A DNA stretch of 63,369 nt, filler included, from Rhabdomonas costata (lineage: Eukaryota), in the NCBI GenBank assembly GCA_019059605.1. It is 56 parts of 56 records of this genome, joined end to end, with 100 filler letters (N's around TTAATTAATTAA, not from the genome) between each part and the next. Parts side by side here need not be neighbours in the genome. Positions count along the whole stretch, not along the records: positions 51,008 to 52,040 come from JAHMHO010032342.1; positions 52,141 to 53,173 come from JAHMHO010032343.1; positions 53,274 to 54,306 come from JAHMHO010032344.1; positions 54,407 to 55,439 come from JAHMHO010032345.1; positions 55,540 to 56,572 come from JAHMHO010032346.1; positions 56,673 to 57,705 come from JAHMHO010032347.1; positions 57,806 to 58,838 come from JAHMHO010032348.1; positions 58,939 to 59,971 come from JAHMHO010032349.1; 48 more parts are not named here. One strand, 5' to 3'. The notes beneath the pieces are model-generated. The model was given only the letters and a program-made list of their open reading frames with translations, was not told the origin of the DNA and made no database searches. The position numbers were made by a program, and so were the translations under genes. Position 1 is the first letter of the stretch. Every line of letters starts with the position of its first letter. Positions 50,908 to 63,369 of this stretch are shown here, piece by piece.

Positions 50908-52142
50908 NNNNNNNNNNNNNNNNNNNNNNNNNNNNNNNNNNNNNNNNNNNNTTAATTAATTAANNNNNNNNNNNNNNNNNNNNNNNNNNNNNNNNNNNNN
51001 NNNNNNNGGTTTGTGAGGTTTTCGACGTCAAGATGAATTCTCTGCAGGCCTTTGGTCCTTGCAACCGGCTTTATGGGACCCCAGAATCCCTTACCCTTCA
51101 TTCTGTCCCCGATTGTGTATGGTGAATTGTGTATCTCTTTTTTCACTCCCAGCCGGGGTTGACCCCCAGCTGACCCTGGGGAAGCTGAAGGCAGATCCTG
51201 TCGACGAGGATGAACGCGAGCCCTCCGAGAAGGGCAGGCGGCCAGCTTCGGGCTCCGCCCTTCCCCCGATTCCGCCACCCCCAGTGTCCTATGTCCGCAG
51301 TGGCTCTGCGGACGCCACCGGTTCTCCGGCGTCTGAGTATGCCTCACCCCCAACCAGTTCACCCACTTCTTTGACGAATTGCACCGTGTTGTGGTTAAGT
51401 CCCCTTCTTCGTTTTGCTGTCCTTTTTGTCCGCTTTGCTGTCCTTTCGTCTTCTCAGACCTTTTAATCGTAAAACTTCGGAGGCGTGTGATTGTCCTCCA
51501 GTTCAACACACCCACCCGCTCCCGAAGTCAGAAAACAAAGAGAGCTCGTTCGAGCTCAAACGTGAAAACGTGACTGAGGACAATTTTATTCTTTATTTTT
51601 AAAGGGGGCTTCTTTTTCTTCTTCTTTTTAGAGCTCGCTATGGGTCGTCGCACCCCCGGCCCTTAATCACTGCGAGCTTGGTTAAAGCACCTGGAATAAA
51701 AACGAGCAAGGTGGGGAACCCACAAACGCGGTCTCTATTTCCGCTACAAAATTGAACGCACATAATCACAAAATAAACGTGGGCGGCAAAAAGGCAAGAG
51801 ACCATCACGACGGGGGCTTGCACAGACTTGCAGATGAGAGCAAGACAGCGGGGTGATGGGAGACGAGGCGCGCAACAAACCACCGTAACCCACCTGCCAT
51901 GGGGAGGGAGGGGTTAATCGGCTAGGAGGATTCGGTAAGCCTGCTGGCTCATCTCCAGGGAAAGGGTCTTGACCCTGAAAAGGCGTTAAAATGGCACTTT
52001 GGGGGTTCTTTGGAAACTGTCAAGGCAAAAGGGCTGAAAANNNNNNNNNNNNNNNNNNNNNNNNNNNNNNNNNNNNNNNNNNNNTTAATTAATTAANNNN
52101 NNNNNNNNNNNNNNNNNNNNNNNNNNNNNNNNNNNNNNNNGG

Positions 52143-53049
52143 GTTGTTGTTATTCCTCACTCCACGTACTTCGCGAGGATCGACCACACCTCCCGGGTGG
52201 TGGCGGGGGTTTGCAGTGCCTTAATTGTGGTCTTTTTGGCGGTGTTCGTGCTGATTTCCTACATATCCCTGGTCCGGCCGGTGAACGGGCTGCTTCGCCG
52301 TCTGCGAAACCTCCAGGATGCCCTCCACAGCGGGGTGGCCCCCGATCCGTTTGACGACCCCCACCCTTCATGGGTACGGGAGATCTGCACCCTCTCACAG
52401 GCCACCGCGGAGACCGTGAGTGCCGCAGGGTTGGCGGCCTCCTCGCGGGCTCATGAGATTGCGGAGGCCCGGCGGCGAGCCCGTGAGACGTTCTTTGCGA
52501 TGATCTCCCATGAAATGCGGACCCCGCTGAACGGAATCCTGGGGATGACCCGGGTCCTGCAAAACACCGCGCTGCAGGAGCGGCAGCAGGAATGCGCGGA
52601 GGCGATTGATGCGAATGGGGAGAGCCTGCTGACTCTGGTGAACGACCTGCTGGACTTCTCCAAGCTAGAGACGGAGAGTCTGGTGCTGGAGTCTCTCCCC
52701 TTTGATGTCCGCCAGTGCGTCGGGAAGGCAGTGCAGGTGGTGCAGCTGAAGGCCGAAGAGAAGGAGATTGAGCTGATTTGGCACGTCGCGGTGGAGGTGC
52801 CCGCCCACAGCACAGGAGACCCCACGAGGCTGAGCCAAGTGCTGCTCAATCTGCTCTCCAACGCGGTAAAATTCACCCCTAGGGGAGGGACAGTGGTGCT
52901 GTGGTGCACTGTCGCGGAGGGACCCCGCCTGCAGTTTGAAGTTCGGGACAGCGGCATCGGGCTGGAGCCCTCTGCTATTGAGCGGTTGTTCCATCCTTTT
53001 GTGCAGGCGGACTGCACGGTCACCCGGAAATATGGAGGAACTGGCCTGG
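52143..53049 (+). CDS. Membrane-bound sensor histidine kinase (TM, HAMP-like linker, HisKA, HATPase_c), partial
   Basis: H-box MISHEMRTPLNGILGM, LVNDLLDFSKLE, N-box GDPTRLSQVLLNLLSNAVKFT, G1 VRDSGIG, F-box LFHPFVQAD, G2 KYGGTGLG. The match ends at G|gtatgt, a likely intron donor. Confidence 0.93.
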
Positions 53050-54942
53050 GTATGTGGGGTTGTGCACCGGCTCTAGGGTGGGGAAAGGTGATGCGGATGA
53101 AAGGGTGAGTTTGTTGGAAGGGTTGGGCAGAAGATCTTGAATGCACTGCTTTAGAAACCTTATGGACATACCCNNNNNNNNNNNNNNNNNNNNNNNNNNN
53201 NNNNNNNNNNNNNNNNNTTAATTAATTAANNNNNNNNNNNNNNNNNNNNNNNNNNNNNNNNNNNNNNNNNNNNTGTGGTGGTGGACATTCCTTGGCATGC
53301 TTCTTGGGCCCAGTCGCGCCCCCTGTACTCACTAACCTGTAATCTAGGACAGACTTGATGTTCGTTTTGGGTATCGTTCGTTCGTTTTTTAGTTCGTTTG
53401 AATGACATAAATGAGGAATAAGAGGACAGGGGTATTCGGAAAACTGAGCGAACGGCGAGAGAATGCCCTGAGGGCGACGGACAGAGTTCAAAATGGAGAG
53501 AGGTTCGGAGAGAAGGACTGCATCCGAAGTATGAGATGAAAGATGTGAAGAAGCCTGTAACCCTGACCTCTGACCCAACCCAACCCATAACGTAACGCCC
53601 AGTTGGGCAACACTCTTGCTTTTAGTGCGCGTCACCAGTACTAAAGAACAGGCAAACATCTTTGGACATCGCTGCTGTCAGTGCCGATTGTCCAGTATCC
53701 GCTGTTCACAAGGGCACACAGAAACGTGGGGCACGAGCAAATGGGAAAGCAGGAGGTTCGATGTTCGTTCGGAGTTGTACAAGGCCGAAAGTGACGGTTA
53801 CCACGGAAACCTTTGACAATATGTTACAGAGAGGAAAAAATATGGATGATAGGGGAATGTCCGAGGATACTCTGGATGTGAGGTGAGCTGGATGGTATTC
53901 AAGTTGGAAAATGACCAGCAGGTCTGGAAGGAGACGGGAGAGAGGTTCTCGGGCATAGGAGGATCATCGCATTCGCATATACTATGTTCGGGATGTGCGA
54001 TGGAGTTGAGGCCCTAGTCAAATTAAAACCAACCTCCCCGAAAAACACAGAGCGTCCTGTGGCAGCAGTTGAGGGCGGAGAGGGGGAAGCCGAGCCCTCC
54101 GGGGCAGCACCCGCCGCTGCCACGTCCCCTGCGAGCAGTGTGGGACAGCCACCCCTCCGCGGCGCGGGGTCCCCCTCCGGGGGGTCGGGCAACGCAGGGA
54201 TGTCCCCGCACTTGGCGTACGCCAGCCTCCGCCACCCAGGCATGCCCTCTTCGGCTTCGCCAGTCTAGTATACCTCTTGCTGAGTCCATTTCTTTGACCC
54301 CACAACNNNNNNNNNNNNNNNNNNNNNNNNNNNNNNNNNNNNNNNNNNNNTTAATTAATTAANNNNNNNNNNNNNNNNNNNNNNNNNNNNNNNNNNNNNN
54401 NNNNNNTTTTGTTGTGCAGTGACACCGCGAGATTGGGCTGAACTGTGGTTTACCTGCCAAAGTTGGCAAATTAGCAAGCTAGTAGTCAGTGTTGGCGGAC
54501 TGTCTGCCTATGTTCCGCCAGGTTTTCACCACTTTTTAATTTTCTTCATCAGGATTTGTCGACCCCAAGGTTGTTTTTGGTCGCACTGATGATTTGACGG
54601 ACCGTCTGTTCCGCGGTTGCGGTTGAGGGGCATCATTTGCAGGGCCTTTGATTACCAGTTTACTTGCCCGAACACTAATTCTAAATTATTCATTCCAATG
54701 TCATGTAGCTTGTGAGCCTCCAATGCCTTGCGACTGGTTTTTTAGGCGATGAGCACTGAGCTTGTCCGCCGTGGTAGCAGCTTCATGTGCCGGCGTCTGT
54801 TTGGGAAAGGTTTGTATGGTTAAGCAACTACTCCGTATTGATTTTTTCTTTTTCCCTCGTATAGCGCTACTGGCTGTGGCTGTGATAGAAGCTCAACAGG
54901 GGGCCTTGTTCCTTTACTTCTTTTTTGGTGTGGCGGGAAGGA

Positions 54943-55075
54943 ATGTCTCTTGGCCATGGAAAGGTCCTTTTGGTACTTGGTGGTTACGGACATACGGGGC
55001 GAGTGGTGTGTGACCTGCTGCTGAGACACTGCCCTGGGGTGCAGCTGGTTGTGGCCGGGCGGAATGAAGCCCGCG
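54943..55075 (+). CDS. First exon of a Rossmann-fold oxidoreductase (saccharopine dehydrogenase-like)
   Basis: MSLGHGKVLLVLGGYGHTGRVVCDLL...LVVAGRN, with donor G|gtgtgc. Confidence 0.7.
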
Positions 55076-56942
55076 GTGTGCTCTCCCATTTCCTGTATGA
55101 GTTGGAAACACCTCACCACGGATTGCCGGATTGCCAAACCCTCCGCTGCGCTGGGGCATGCTACAAAAACCCAACACCTGCTTGACGTTGCCCTCAGGAT
55201 GTTTCGCGAAAAACAATTTGCCTCCACAAGTGGTTTTCCGGGGGGTTTCTGCTTCTTGGTCATCACATTGGCACCTGTTGACTGGAAGGGGGAGAGGAGG
55301 GAAGGAGGGAAATTGGCGAGGTGAGGCTCTGCCACGCCGACAGGCTAACGCCCTCCCTCCTGAGCTTGCTTCCCCTTTGCGCCCAGGAGAGAATCCCGCT
55401 CCAGGCTGCGCGTTGGACTCATGTTCACCACCCCCCACCNNNNNNNNNNNNNNNNNNNNNNNNNNNNNNNNNNNNNNNNNNNNTTAATTAATTAANNNNN
55501 NNNNNNNNNNNNNNNNNNNNNNNNNNNNNNNNNNNNNNNGGTGGTTGGGGGGTTACGCTTTCACTGCAGCGGCCACCACAGCTACTGCATATTGGAGGTA
55601 GCGACACATGTCGAGGTGGATGTGGCAATACTCTCAATCCCCGTTGGGTTTAGCGGTGGGTAGTTCAGCGTTGGATTAGCCTCGCAGGACAACTGAGCGT
55701 AGCGAAGGAGTGACGACCTGGTAAGCTTAGGAGCTTACCGACCCTATAGAAGGGGCCCCATGGATCGAGCGCAGTGTAGAGACCTGGGGTAGCAGGCATT
55801 CTTGAGTGGGTATCTTGGCATTCTTACCGTTAGTGAGGCAGGCGTTCTGAGTCGACTGCGAAGGATGCCAAACGACAGGATGACAAGAAGCGTAGCGTAA
55901 TAGCAGGTTGTATGCTTTACTACTCGCTCCGCCCTCACGTCACTGGGCTCTGATTCCCCGTCATACTAGCGGTTGGCATGGCAGCCTCTCATGCAGTGTC
56001 TTCAGTCATCTCATAGTGGTCGCTGCCCTCTTTGTTCCCGTAATACATTGCAGCATTGTAACTCAGCTTGGGAGGTTTCGCTTTGATTGGAGCGGCCATG
56101 GTGGTGGCGAAATGGTTCCGAGTGGACTGCGACTGGTCTCACAGTTCACTCACTTGTACCGCTCGTTGTGCTCCCTCCTAACGTTTCGTACCGGCATCAG
56201 ACTCACGTTCTCAATCCCCCAATCAATCCGTGTCATAGCATCCCCTCACTCCCTAATCACCACCAGCATCTAGCGGAAGGCATTGCTACTACCATAATCG
56301 CCAGCAGTAACAGCATACCGGTCATGTCGCCCCACTGCGGGTTCACTTTGGTTGAACCACTACCTGGAGTTGGAGCAGCATCAACACCACTATGCAACAT
56401 TGACATCAGTAACATCCCTACCACAGCGGTTACAACCAACATAGCGGGTATACTCTGACATCAACACACCACTACAGCATTAGCACCAGAGTATGACATG
56501 CAGCGGCATTAGCACCACGTCTGGCAACGTGATGCGTCACTGCTACCACCACCAACCACACACACCCAACACNNNNNNNNNNNNNNNNNNNNNNNNNNNN
56601 NNNNNNNNNNNNNNNNTTAATTAATTAANNNNNNNNNNNNNNNNNNNNNNNNNNNNNNNNNNNNNNNNNNNNGGGTGGGGGGAGGAGTCTGCTTCAAGCA
56701 ACGTTTCTTATCACCCAAGGAATGCTTCTGGTCGTTCCCTTTTACGAAGAGAAAACGGAAAAGCTTCTGAAAGATGGAGAGCTGGAGTTATGAAGAACTC
56801 TGAGAAGAAAGAACCGAGAGAAGTTGAACCATGTACTTCCAGAAGTGACAGAGGTGCAGCCAACTCGAAAAAGCTGCCATTCGATTGACCAGGAGCTTTT
56901 CTAGGAGCTCTTTTTTTTTTCCGATTGGCTAGGTGGGCGCAC

Positions 56943-57579
56943 CGCATAGGGAAGCATGTGGGGGTAATGGGACAGTAGCTTGCGGTCATGGGGTCCGGCG
57001 CCACGCAGCGAGATCCCGGTGCCGTCATCGACGTTCTCCACGGGCTCGGGCTCCTCGTCGCCCGCGACCCTCCCCCGGAAAGGAGAATCCGTCACTACCT
57101 AACAGACCCATAAAGAGAGGTGCTCAGACAGGATGCGCCATAACTGCTGAGTGAGGAGATCTCTTGGTGGCATCCAAGCTTTTTTATACAAAATTTTAAC
57201 GCTCAATTTTTTAAACAATTTTTTACAATTGCAAAAAAAAAAAAGGCCGACCCTGCTGACACCCATTGCGTTCGAAGAGAAGCACTTCCGGCTCAATCCA
57301 TCCCCAGGAGAAAGGTTTGGTCACATATGGAGCGAGACCTGACAGCTTTAAGGAAGGCTCACAGAATAGGAAACGAAGACTGGAGCTGAGGTGCTTTTAC
57401 GGGCAGCTGCTGCACACCTGCCAGACGACAGACTTCAAGGATGGGTCCACGCACGTCACCAGTCCGGTGTTGATGTAGAACAGCACATTGGAGTGAATCT
57501 TTCGCACTCCTGCGTCGGGTGCACGAACGCCGGTCCACCACGAACACCCAAATCCACGATCGGTTGTGAGCCCAACCAA
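56943..57579 (-). CDS. Two exons of a possible FG-GAP/beta-propeller protein
   Basis: Exon ~57579-57418 (...VLFYINTGLVTCVDPSLKSVVWQ) joins exon 57098-56943 (VVTDSPF...) in phase 0. Propeller-blade-like G-x-V-T...W pattern. Confidence 0.4.
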
Positions 57580-58053
57580 CTAACTTCCTGCAGGTGTTGG
57601 GTTGATTCGCGTACTCTGCGACTAAAAGCACAAACATGCCGAGATCATGGGTGAGCATGCGCAGTCCCTTCAAAGCGCAACATGAATTGATTGGAATAAA
57701 AAACANNNNNNNNNNNNNNNNNNNNNNNNNNNNNNNNNNNNNNNNNNNNTTAATTAATTAANNNNNNNNNNNNNNNNNNNNNNNNNNNNNNNNNNNNNNN
57801 NNNNNGTGTGGTCTGCAGAACAAGGCCTGTCCTGTCGTTTTGGGTTTCATCAGGCATTTGCTTCATGGTGATATGGGGACGGTGCACTGCGGTCCGCATG
57901 ACAACAATCTCGCAAAGGGTGCCGGATATGCTGAATCTGACACATTCTACGGTGAATTGGTGTTCGAACCAGCTTGCGTCTGTGGAATGAAGGCATCGCT
58001 TCAGGATTCAGGGGCAGGGTCACGGCGACGAAGAGAGGCGGAATATCGAAACC

Positions 58054-58584
58054 TTAAACCTTCGCCTTTCCTGTTCTCGACTGTCGGGAGCCTACAGAGT
58101 CCTGAATGTTGCCCTTCTTCGGAAGCTCCTCCACGCCCTTCTTCTGCACATCGTATTCCTCGGTATCCCTGTCCTTTTCGTGGCGCTTTGCCTTTTTAGA
58201 AGCACTTTCATCCTCCTCTTCACCCTCCTCCTCTTCCTCGTCATCGTCTTCCTCCTCATCCTCGTCCTCGTCCTCATCCTCATCCTCATCTTCGGATTCC
58301 TCTTCAGCATCATCCCATTCCTTGAACGGGTCCACCCACTTCGCCCATTCGTCCTCCCCAGCCTCCCACTCTTCATCGGTAAGAAGGATGCGGTCCAGCA
58401 GCTCCGTGACCTCCGGCTCCGGGACGTTCACCCCGATAAACACGATCTCCTGGCGGCGGTCCCCAATGCGCGGGTCGGGATCGAAGCATCGCTGGATCTC
58501 GGCCACCGCCCCGGGGTTGCCGGCAAGGTCCCACTTTTCGGGGGGCAGCGTGGCATACCAGGCCCCACCGTAGCTCATTTGTAG
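58054..58584 (-). CDS. CobW/COG0523 (zinc metallochaperone GTPase) C-terminal domain with a long acidic tail, terminal exon
   Basis: After a ttgtcag acceptor: GAWYATLP...W...IGDRRQEIVFIG...LDRILLTDEEW...WVDPFKEW, then a D/E run and KKAKR. Confidence 0.85.
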   Translation of the reverse strand, partial: LQMSYGGAWYATLPPEKWDLAGNPGAVAEIQRCFDPDPRIGDRRQEIVFIGVNVPEPEVTELLDRILLTDEEWEAGEDEWAKWVDPFKEWDDAEEESEDEDEDEDEDEDEEEDDDEEEEEGEEEDESASKKAKRHEKDRDTEEYDVQKKGVEELPKKGNIQDSVGSRQSRTGKAKV

Positions 58585-60979
58585 CTGACAAGAGAGAAAA
58601 CGGGTAAAGCGTTTGAATTGTTTTCTAAATGAAATCATGGTGCTGGAAACATTATACCTCTTTAGCCGGTCAAAACAGCCACGGGAGAGATTAAAAATAT
58701 GTCTCAAGAGCACTCATGCGACTATCGACACCCAATCCTTGATTTATATTCTTGGTACGGCGCCGGCCGTAACACACAAAACAACATCTCAAGTGACGCC
58801 TAACCACACTATTTCCATTTCGTATCGCCAAACAACAANNNNNNNNNNNNNNNNNNNNNNNNNNNNNNNNNNNNNNNNNNNNTTAATTAATTAANNNNNN
58901 NNNNNNNNNNNNNNNNNNNNNNNNNNNNNNNNNNNNNNTTGTGGTGGTGCCGGCGAAGCTGGGTGGATTGGGATGAGCGCCCGGTGGCAGGTGGAAGAAG
59001 GGGAGGAAAGCGAAAGACCTTAAAGGTGCAAAAAGTAATACGAGTAGGCAAAGAAGAAAAGGACCCAGCGGACAGCAGAGGCGCCAAACTAGGCCTCAGA
59101 GGCTTTTGGATGGGTGAATGGTCACGAGGTGATTCACTGTTTACCTGTGCAAAACTGTGCTGGCTTTCCTTCTCTCGCCCTGTGCCTCGTTGCCTGATCT
59201 GTCTTCCACAGAAAGCCTCCTCAGGCATCTGAAGCAGGCCTGGGATCTTTTGCATGCACAGCAGGCCTCCCGAAACTCTGTGAGTCACGGTTTCTTAACC
59301 TTTCCCCTTCGCCCGGTAGTGGCGCCCCTTGGGGGCTATATCGTATCTCTTCTGCGCCGCTTCTTGCCCCATTCCCGACGTTATCTACGACGTATTACAG
59401 CTGAAAAACTGAAAAGTATGTCATACTGACCTGGCGGCGAAAACTCGGTAACTAGGTTATTAGGAGACGATAGAGAAGGGAATGCTAAACTGAGATTGGG
59501 AATGTTAACGCCTGTAGCCCCCCTCTCCTTCAATGGTGTGAAGCTCCAGAAAGGATGGATGGAAATACAACATACTTATATCCACGGCTCTTGCACTATT
59601 CCTGAAATGCGGTGTCTTGAGAATGCATCTATTGGCCGCCGCCTCTCGCCTCATTCCTCTTTTGCGACAAAAAAGAAAATGGCCAACGTATAAATTGGGA
59701 GCCGACAAAGAAGGGAATGTCAACATCTATACTCCCCTTAATCATTGGTGGGCAGCTCCAGAAAAGATGGACTTTGAGGGGATGGGAAACGCATGCCGCA
59801 CAGTTATGTCTAGGTCTCTTGAATTCGTTCTCCACCCCCACCACCTCCTCCTCGTCCGGCCGTACACATTTGAAGCCGTTGTTTCTTCGAAACCTTGCAT
59901 CTCAAGCACAACAGGCAGAACATGTTTGCACGACCGTTTCAACGACATTGGCACAAGAACTACACACCACCNNNNNNNNNNNNNNNNNNNNNNNNNNNNN
60001 NNNNNNNNNNNNNNNTTAATTAATTAANNNNNNNNNNNNNNNNNNNNNNNNNNNNNNNNNNNNNNNNNNNNAGACGGGGGGGGGGTTATTTCTCATATTT
60101 GACGGGGAAAGTGCTCGGATGCCTGGAGAGGGGGGACGGCAGAATAGCATTCGAATTCTTCTTGGTATTTCAATCCAAACCTTAGCCCTTGTGTACAGTG
60201 CCACTACACACTAATTTTCCCTCACTTCCCTGTTTTCCTGTTGATGCTGTCATGGATGACACCCACCGCCTTGTGCAAGTGCAAGACCAACCGCACAGCT
60301 GGTAATTTATTCATGTACGTTAACGCCCCCGAGAAAGCTTCGGTTCCCGAATTTTTTTGAAACAAAAATCACGTCACTGCTGCAACAGAGGTCCGCCCGG
60401 TTCCAAAGACAAGAGCGACGCGACAGCACCAACAATCCGAAGCATAAAAAAACGCTCGGAAGATAACCCCAATAAATTCCACAATTATAAAAATGCCACA
60501 GCATGGATCGCAGAAGTCGGCCTGTAATCGTTCGATACGGCACATCTGTACACCCAAAAGGACCCACGCACTCACGCCCACACGCACACCCACATACCCT
60601 GCGATGCATACAACGACCATGCCCAAGGTGTAGGGTACCCCCGCGTTGATTTTATTCATCCACTGAGAGGAGCTTGTGCCCACGACCAGAGCCCACTCCA
60701 GGCCCTATGCGTGCATGGTACGCATTCTTTGAGCGCAGGATGGTCATTGTGTGACAATACGAGAATTTGAGAAGGCAAGGGGAGAGGTCCGCCAGATCGC
60801 CCAGAGCTCCACCTTCGAATGAGCACTGGAACATAAAAATGGAACCCACAAAATCGTTCATCTGAAGCACTGAGATGGTCATTATGAAGCCTTTTGCCTA
60901 TTTTGCGGGTGTGAACTATCAACCCTCTGACTCAGATGTACACTTCACAAGGTCAGCGTGCAAAGTTTTTTTTTTGGAA

Positions 60980-61097
60980 TTGCAAGTGGTACATATAAAC
61001 TCTTTGAGACAGTAATACCCTTCACGAATTCAGCTTCAAGAATTTGAATTCGTGAAGGGTATTACTGTCTCAAAGAGTTTATATGTACCACTTGCAA
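60980..61097. repeat. Perfect 53-bp inverted repeat with 12-nt loop at contig end
   Basis: 60980-61032 is the exact reverse complement of 61045-61097. Loop is gcttcaagaatt. Confidence 0.92.
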
Positions 61098-62115
61098 CCC
61101 CAACNNNNNNNNNNNNNNNNNNNNNNNNNNNNNNNNNNNNNNNNNNNNTTAATTAATTAANNNNNNNNNNNNNNNNNNNNNNNNNNNNNNNNNNNNNNNN
61201 NNNNTGTGGGTTGGAGGGAACTTCACCTGTCCACTGTATACGAATCAAGAAGCCGTAAGGATTGGCACCCCGTCTGTGCGGGCATGCCAAGATGCACGAG
61301 GCCGTAATTGGCTAAAACAATTTTATAAAGGAACCTCTTCGTCAAAGACTGGTAACATACTTAACCTTAAATTGTGAACTACTGAAAGCACAACCATTCC
61401 CTGAGACACTCCCTTCCTTTGCCCTGTGAGGTCTCAAGGGTACTCAGGGTACTCAGGGTTCTCAAAGTGTTTGAGTGTGACCCACAATTGTCCCACAAAT
61501 TGTTCAGTGCCGCGAATAATCAGGCCAACAGTAGATCTGCGCTTCATCAGCACGTTTCTATTCTCTTCGCCCCTGGCACGCCTCCGTAGAGTTCGGATCT
61601 TTCGCGTAGTTTGCAGTTTTTTGTTTCAGCGTTGACGCTTGAATTGAAGGGGGACCAGAGATGAGAAGGGATGAAGTATCGAATGCGGAAAGGTTGCGGG
61701 ATTTACCGTCACATTTTCGTGCCTTCCACTTGCGATTCGGTCAGTCGTTACAGCAGCTTCTGTTTTACGTTTAAAAACAATACTCAGGGCATCCTTTTGA
61801 AACATTGAGTCGGCGATTAGTATGAGCCAAAGCACCCGTGACATTGAACACGCATTCCTTTTTCCAATTGTAAAAAAAACATTGCAAAAAAAATAAAGTT
61901 TCGGGCTTTTGGACAAAAAAATTGTAATGTCAGGGTCCAGCCTTCTGCAGGTACCCCTGAAAGGTTTTTTTTTGGTTCCATGCATTCCGAGCAGAAACAA
62001 AAAAGGAAACAGGTGCGTGAGCGTTTTCTTTTTTTTCCTTCTTGCTCTTTTTTCTAGTGTATCTGTGGTCACTGCTGTTGTCTTCATCTTCCCACTCTCC
62101 AAACCCACTTCCCTT

Positions 62116-62163
62116 ATGCCTGGACCAGGTGATTACGCGGGAAAGGTCATGCTCGCCCCCATG
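62116..62163 (+). CDS. Probable first exon of a tRNA-dihydrouridine synthase (DUS2-like)
   Basis: MPGPGDYAGKVMLAPM followed by donor gtgtgt. Resembles the DYxxKxxLAPMVR start of DUS2, but the match is very short. Confidence 0.55.
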
Positions 62164-63369
62164 GTGTGTGCTTGTGTGTGTGGCGACCAAGTTGGGTTGA
62201 TTTTGGTTCTGTTGGCATTAGAAATTTGTCAAAGCAGNNNNNNNNNNNNNNNNNNNNNNNNNNNNNNNNNNNNNNNNNNNNTTAATTAATTAANNNNNNN
62301 NNNNNNNNNNNNNNNNNNNNNNNNNNNNNNNNNNNNNGTGTTTGGGGAGACCAGAAACGTATGTGACCCATTTGAATCTGGTCTCCTCAGACCCCATATA
62401 ATTGCCATTGTCTTCAGCAGGATGATTATATGGTCCCGCGATTCCCACCTGCCATTTTCGTTCGCACCCGCATCAAGAAAAGGGTCTTGTTTTATGGTGC
62501 TACGAGCCGGAGGCGCGAGGAAAATTCCGAATTTTGCACCCAGTGGGAATGATGCCGCATCGCACATGCAGGTTGTGCGGCGTGTGGTATTCACACGGGT
62601 AGTTTTCTGCTTGGGGAGCATAACAGAGCAGAAAAAATAAAGAATTCTGTGGTTCTGAGTTTACGGTATAACTTAGTTTACTATCATGCATTTAGTGTCG
62701 GACGCAACGCATGCACGTGGTCAGCGGCCGATTTTATGTCTTCCGATGGGAGAAAACAAAAAATCTCGCGTCTTCTTTTGCAAGACCATTTTGCGTTCAT
62801 GTGCAGTCGAGAAAGCACGTGACCACACAAGTCCTTCATCACTGCGCTGAACAGGATGAGATTTCGAAAAATCTCAGGACACCGAATTGCTCTTCTGAGA
62901 TTCGGGGTACGGACATATGCTATTTTCAGCTGATGCACAGCTTAGATTCCACCTCATCCCGGCGGTCCCATCACACCCGTGGAGAGCCGTTTCACAATGA
63001 CGGCGGAGTGGGAGACGTAAGTGAACTCGAACTTTCCTGTGTACCCAGGGGAGGAGGAGAAGGTTGTGCGCAACACTTCGACATTATGTGAGAAAAGAGC
63101 AGGCAAAAAAGACAATGAAGACAGGGTGAATCTTGCCTCCCCCACAAAAGGAAGCATTGGCGAGGTGGGGGTCAGACGATTTATGGGCACGTTTTACAAT
63201 TAGAGATAATTTACAGGCAAAAAAAAACGTAAAACGTTTCCATAATGCAACTCCCCAAGTCCCTAAGTCGAGAAGTGGGATGAAGACTCAACCTCAAACT
63301 CTGCTTCTTCTAATCTCTTGTCAATTTTTCTAGAGAGGATTTCTACCCAAAACCAAACACATCCAACAC

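Noticed and set aside
52451-53146. 231-aa minus-strand ORF, and similar long antisense ORFs such as 58106-58573 and 46749-47240
   Set aside because: These are shadow frames opposite GC3-rich real exons and have no recognisable motifs.

Overview
This window is not contiguous DNA. It is 56 unrelated contigs of about 1.02-1.04 kb, apparently length-sorted, joined by 55 artificial 100-bp spacers (N44-TTAATTAATTAA-N44), so neighbouring contigs imply no linkage. The source is an intron-rich, flagellated microbial eukaryote using the standard genetic code. A euglenozoan or euglenid-like host is plausible but only inferred. G/T-rich contig starts and A/C-rich ends suggest whole-genome amplification. 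Recognisable host exons include an axonemal dynein heavy chain (with a GC-AG intron), AP-2 alpha-adaptin, a PRP4-like kinase, PP2C, a SulP/SLC26 transporter, bestrophin, an ABCG/PDR transporter, a membrane histidine kinase, a CobW/COG0523 C-terminus, a CCCH finger, a degenerate class III cyclase and an MBOAT wax-synthase-like C-terminus. Mobile DNA includes a Ty3/Gypsy protease-RT fragment, a decayed RLE-type non-LTR endonuclease and a probable Merlin/IS1595 transposase remnant. The standout is an AT-rich, intronless ORF (25905-24942, minus strand, truncated) that matches by eye the double-jelly-roll major capsid protein of Polinton/Maverick/adintovirus-like viruses. Two contigs have exact 127-bp terminal direct repeats, indicating circles or tandem arrays. 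All family calls are by-eye motif recognition; no searches were run.
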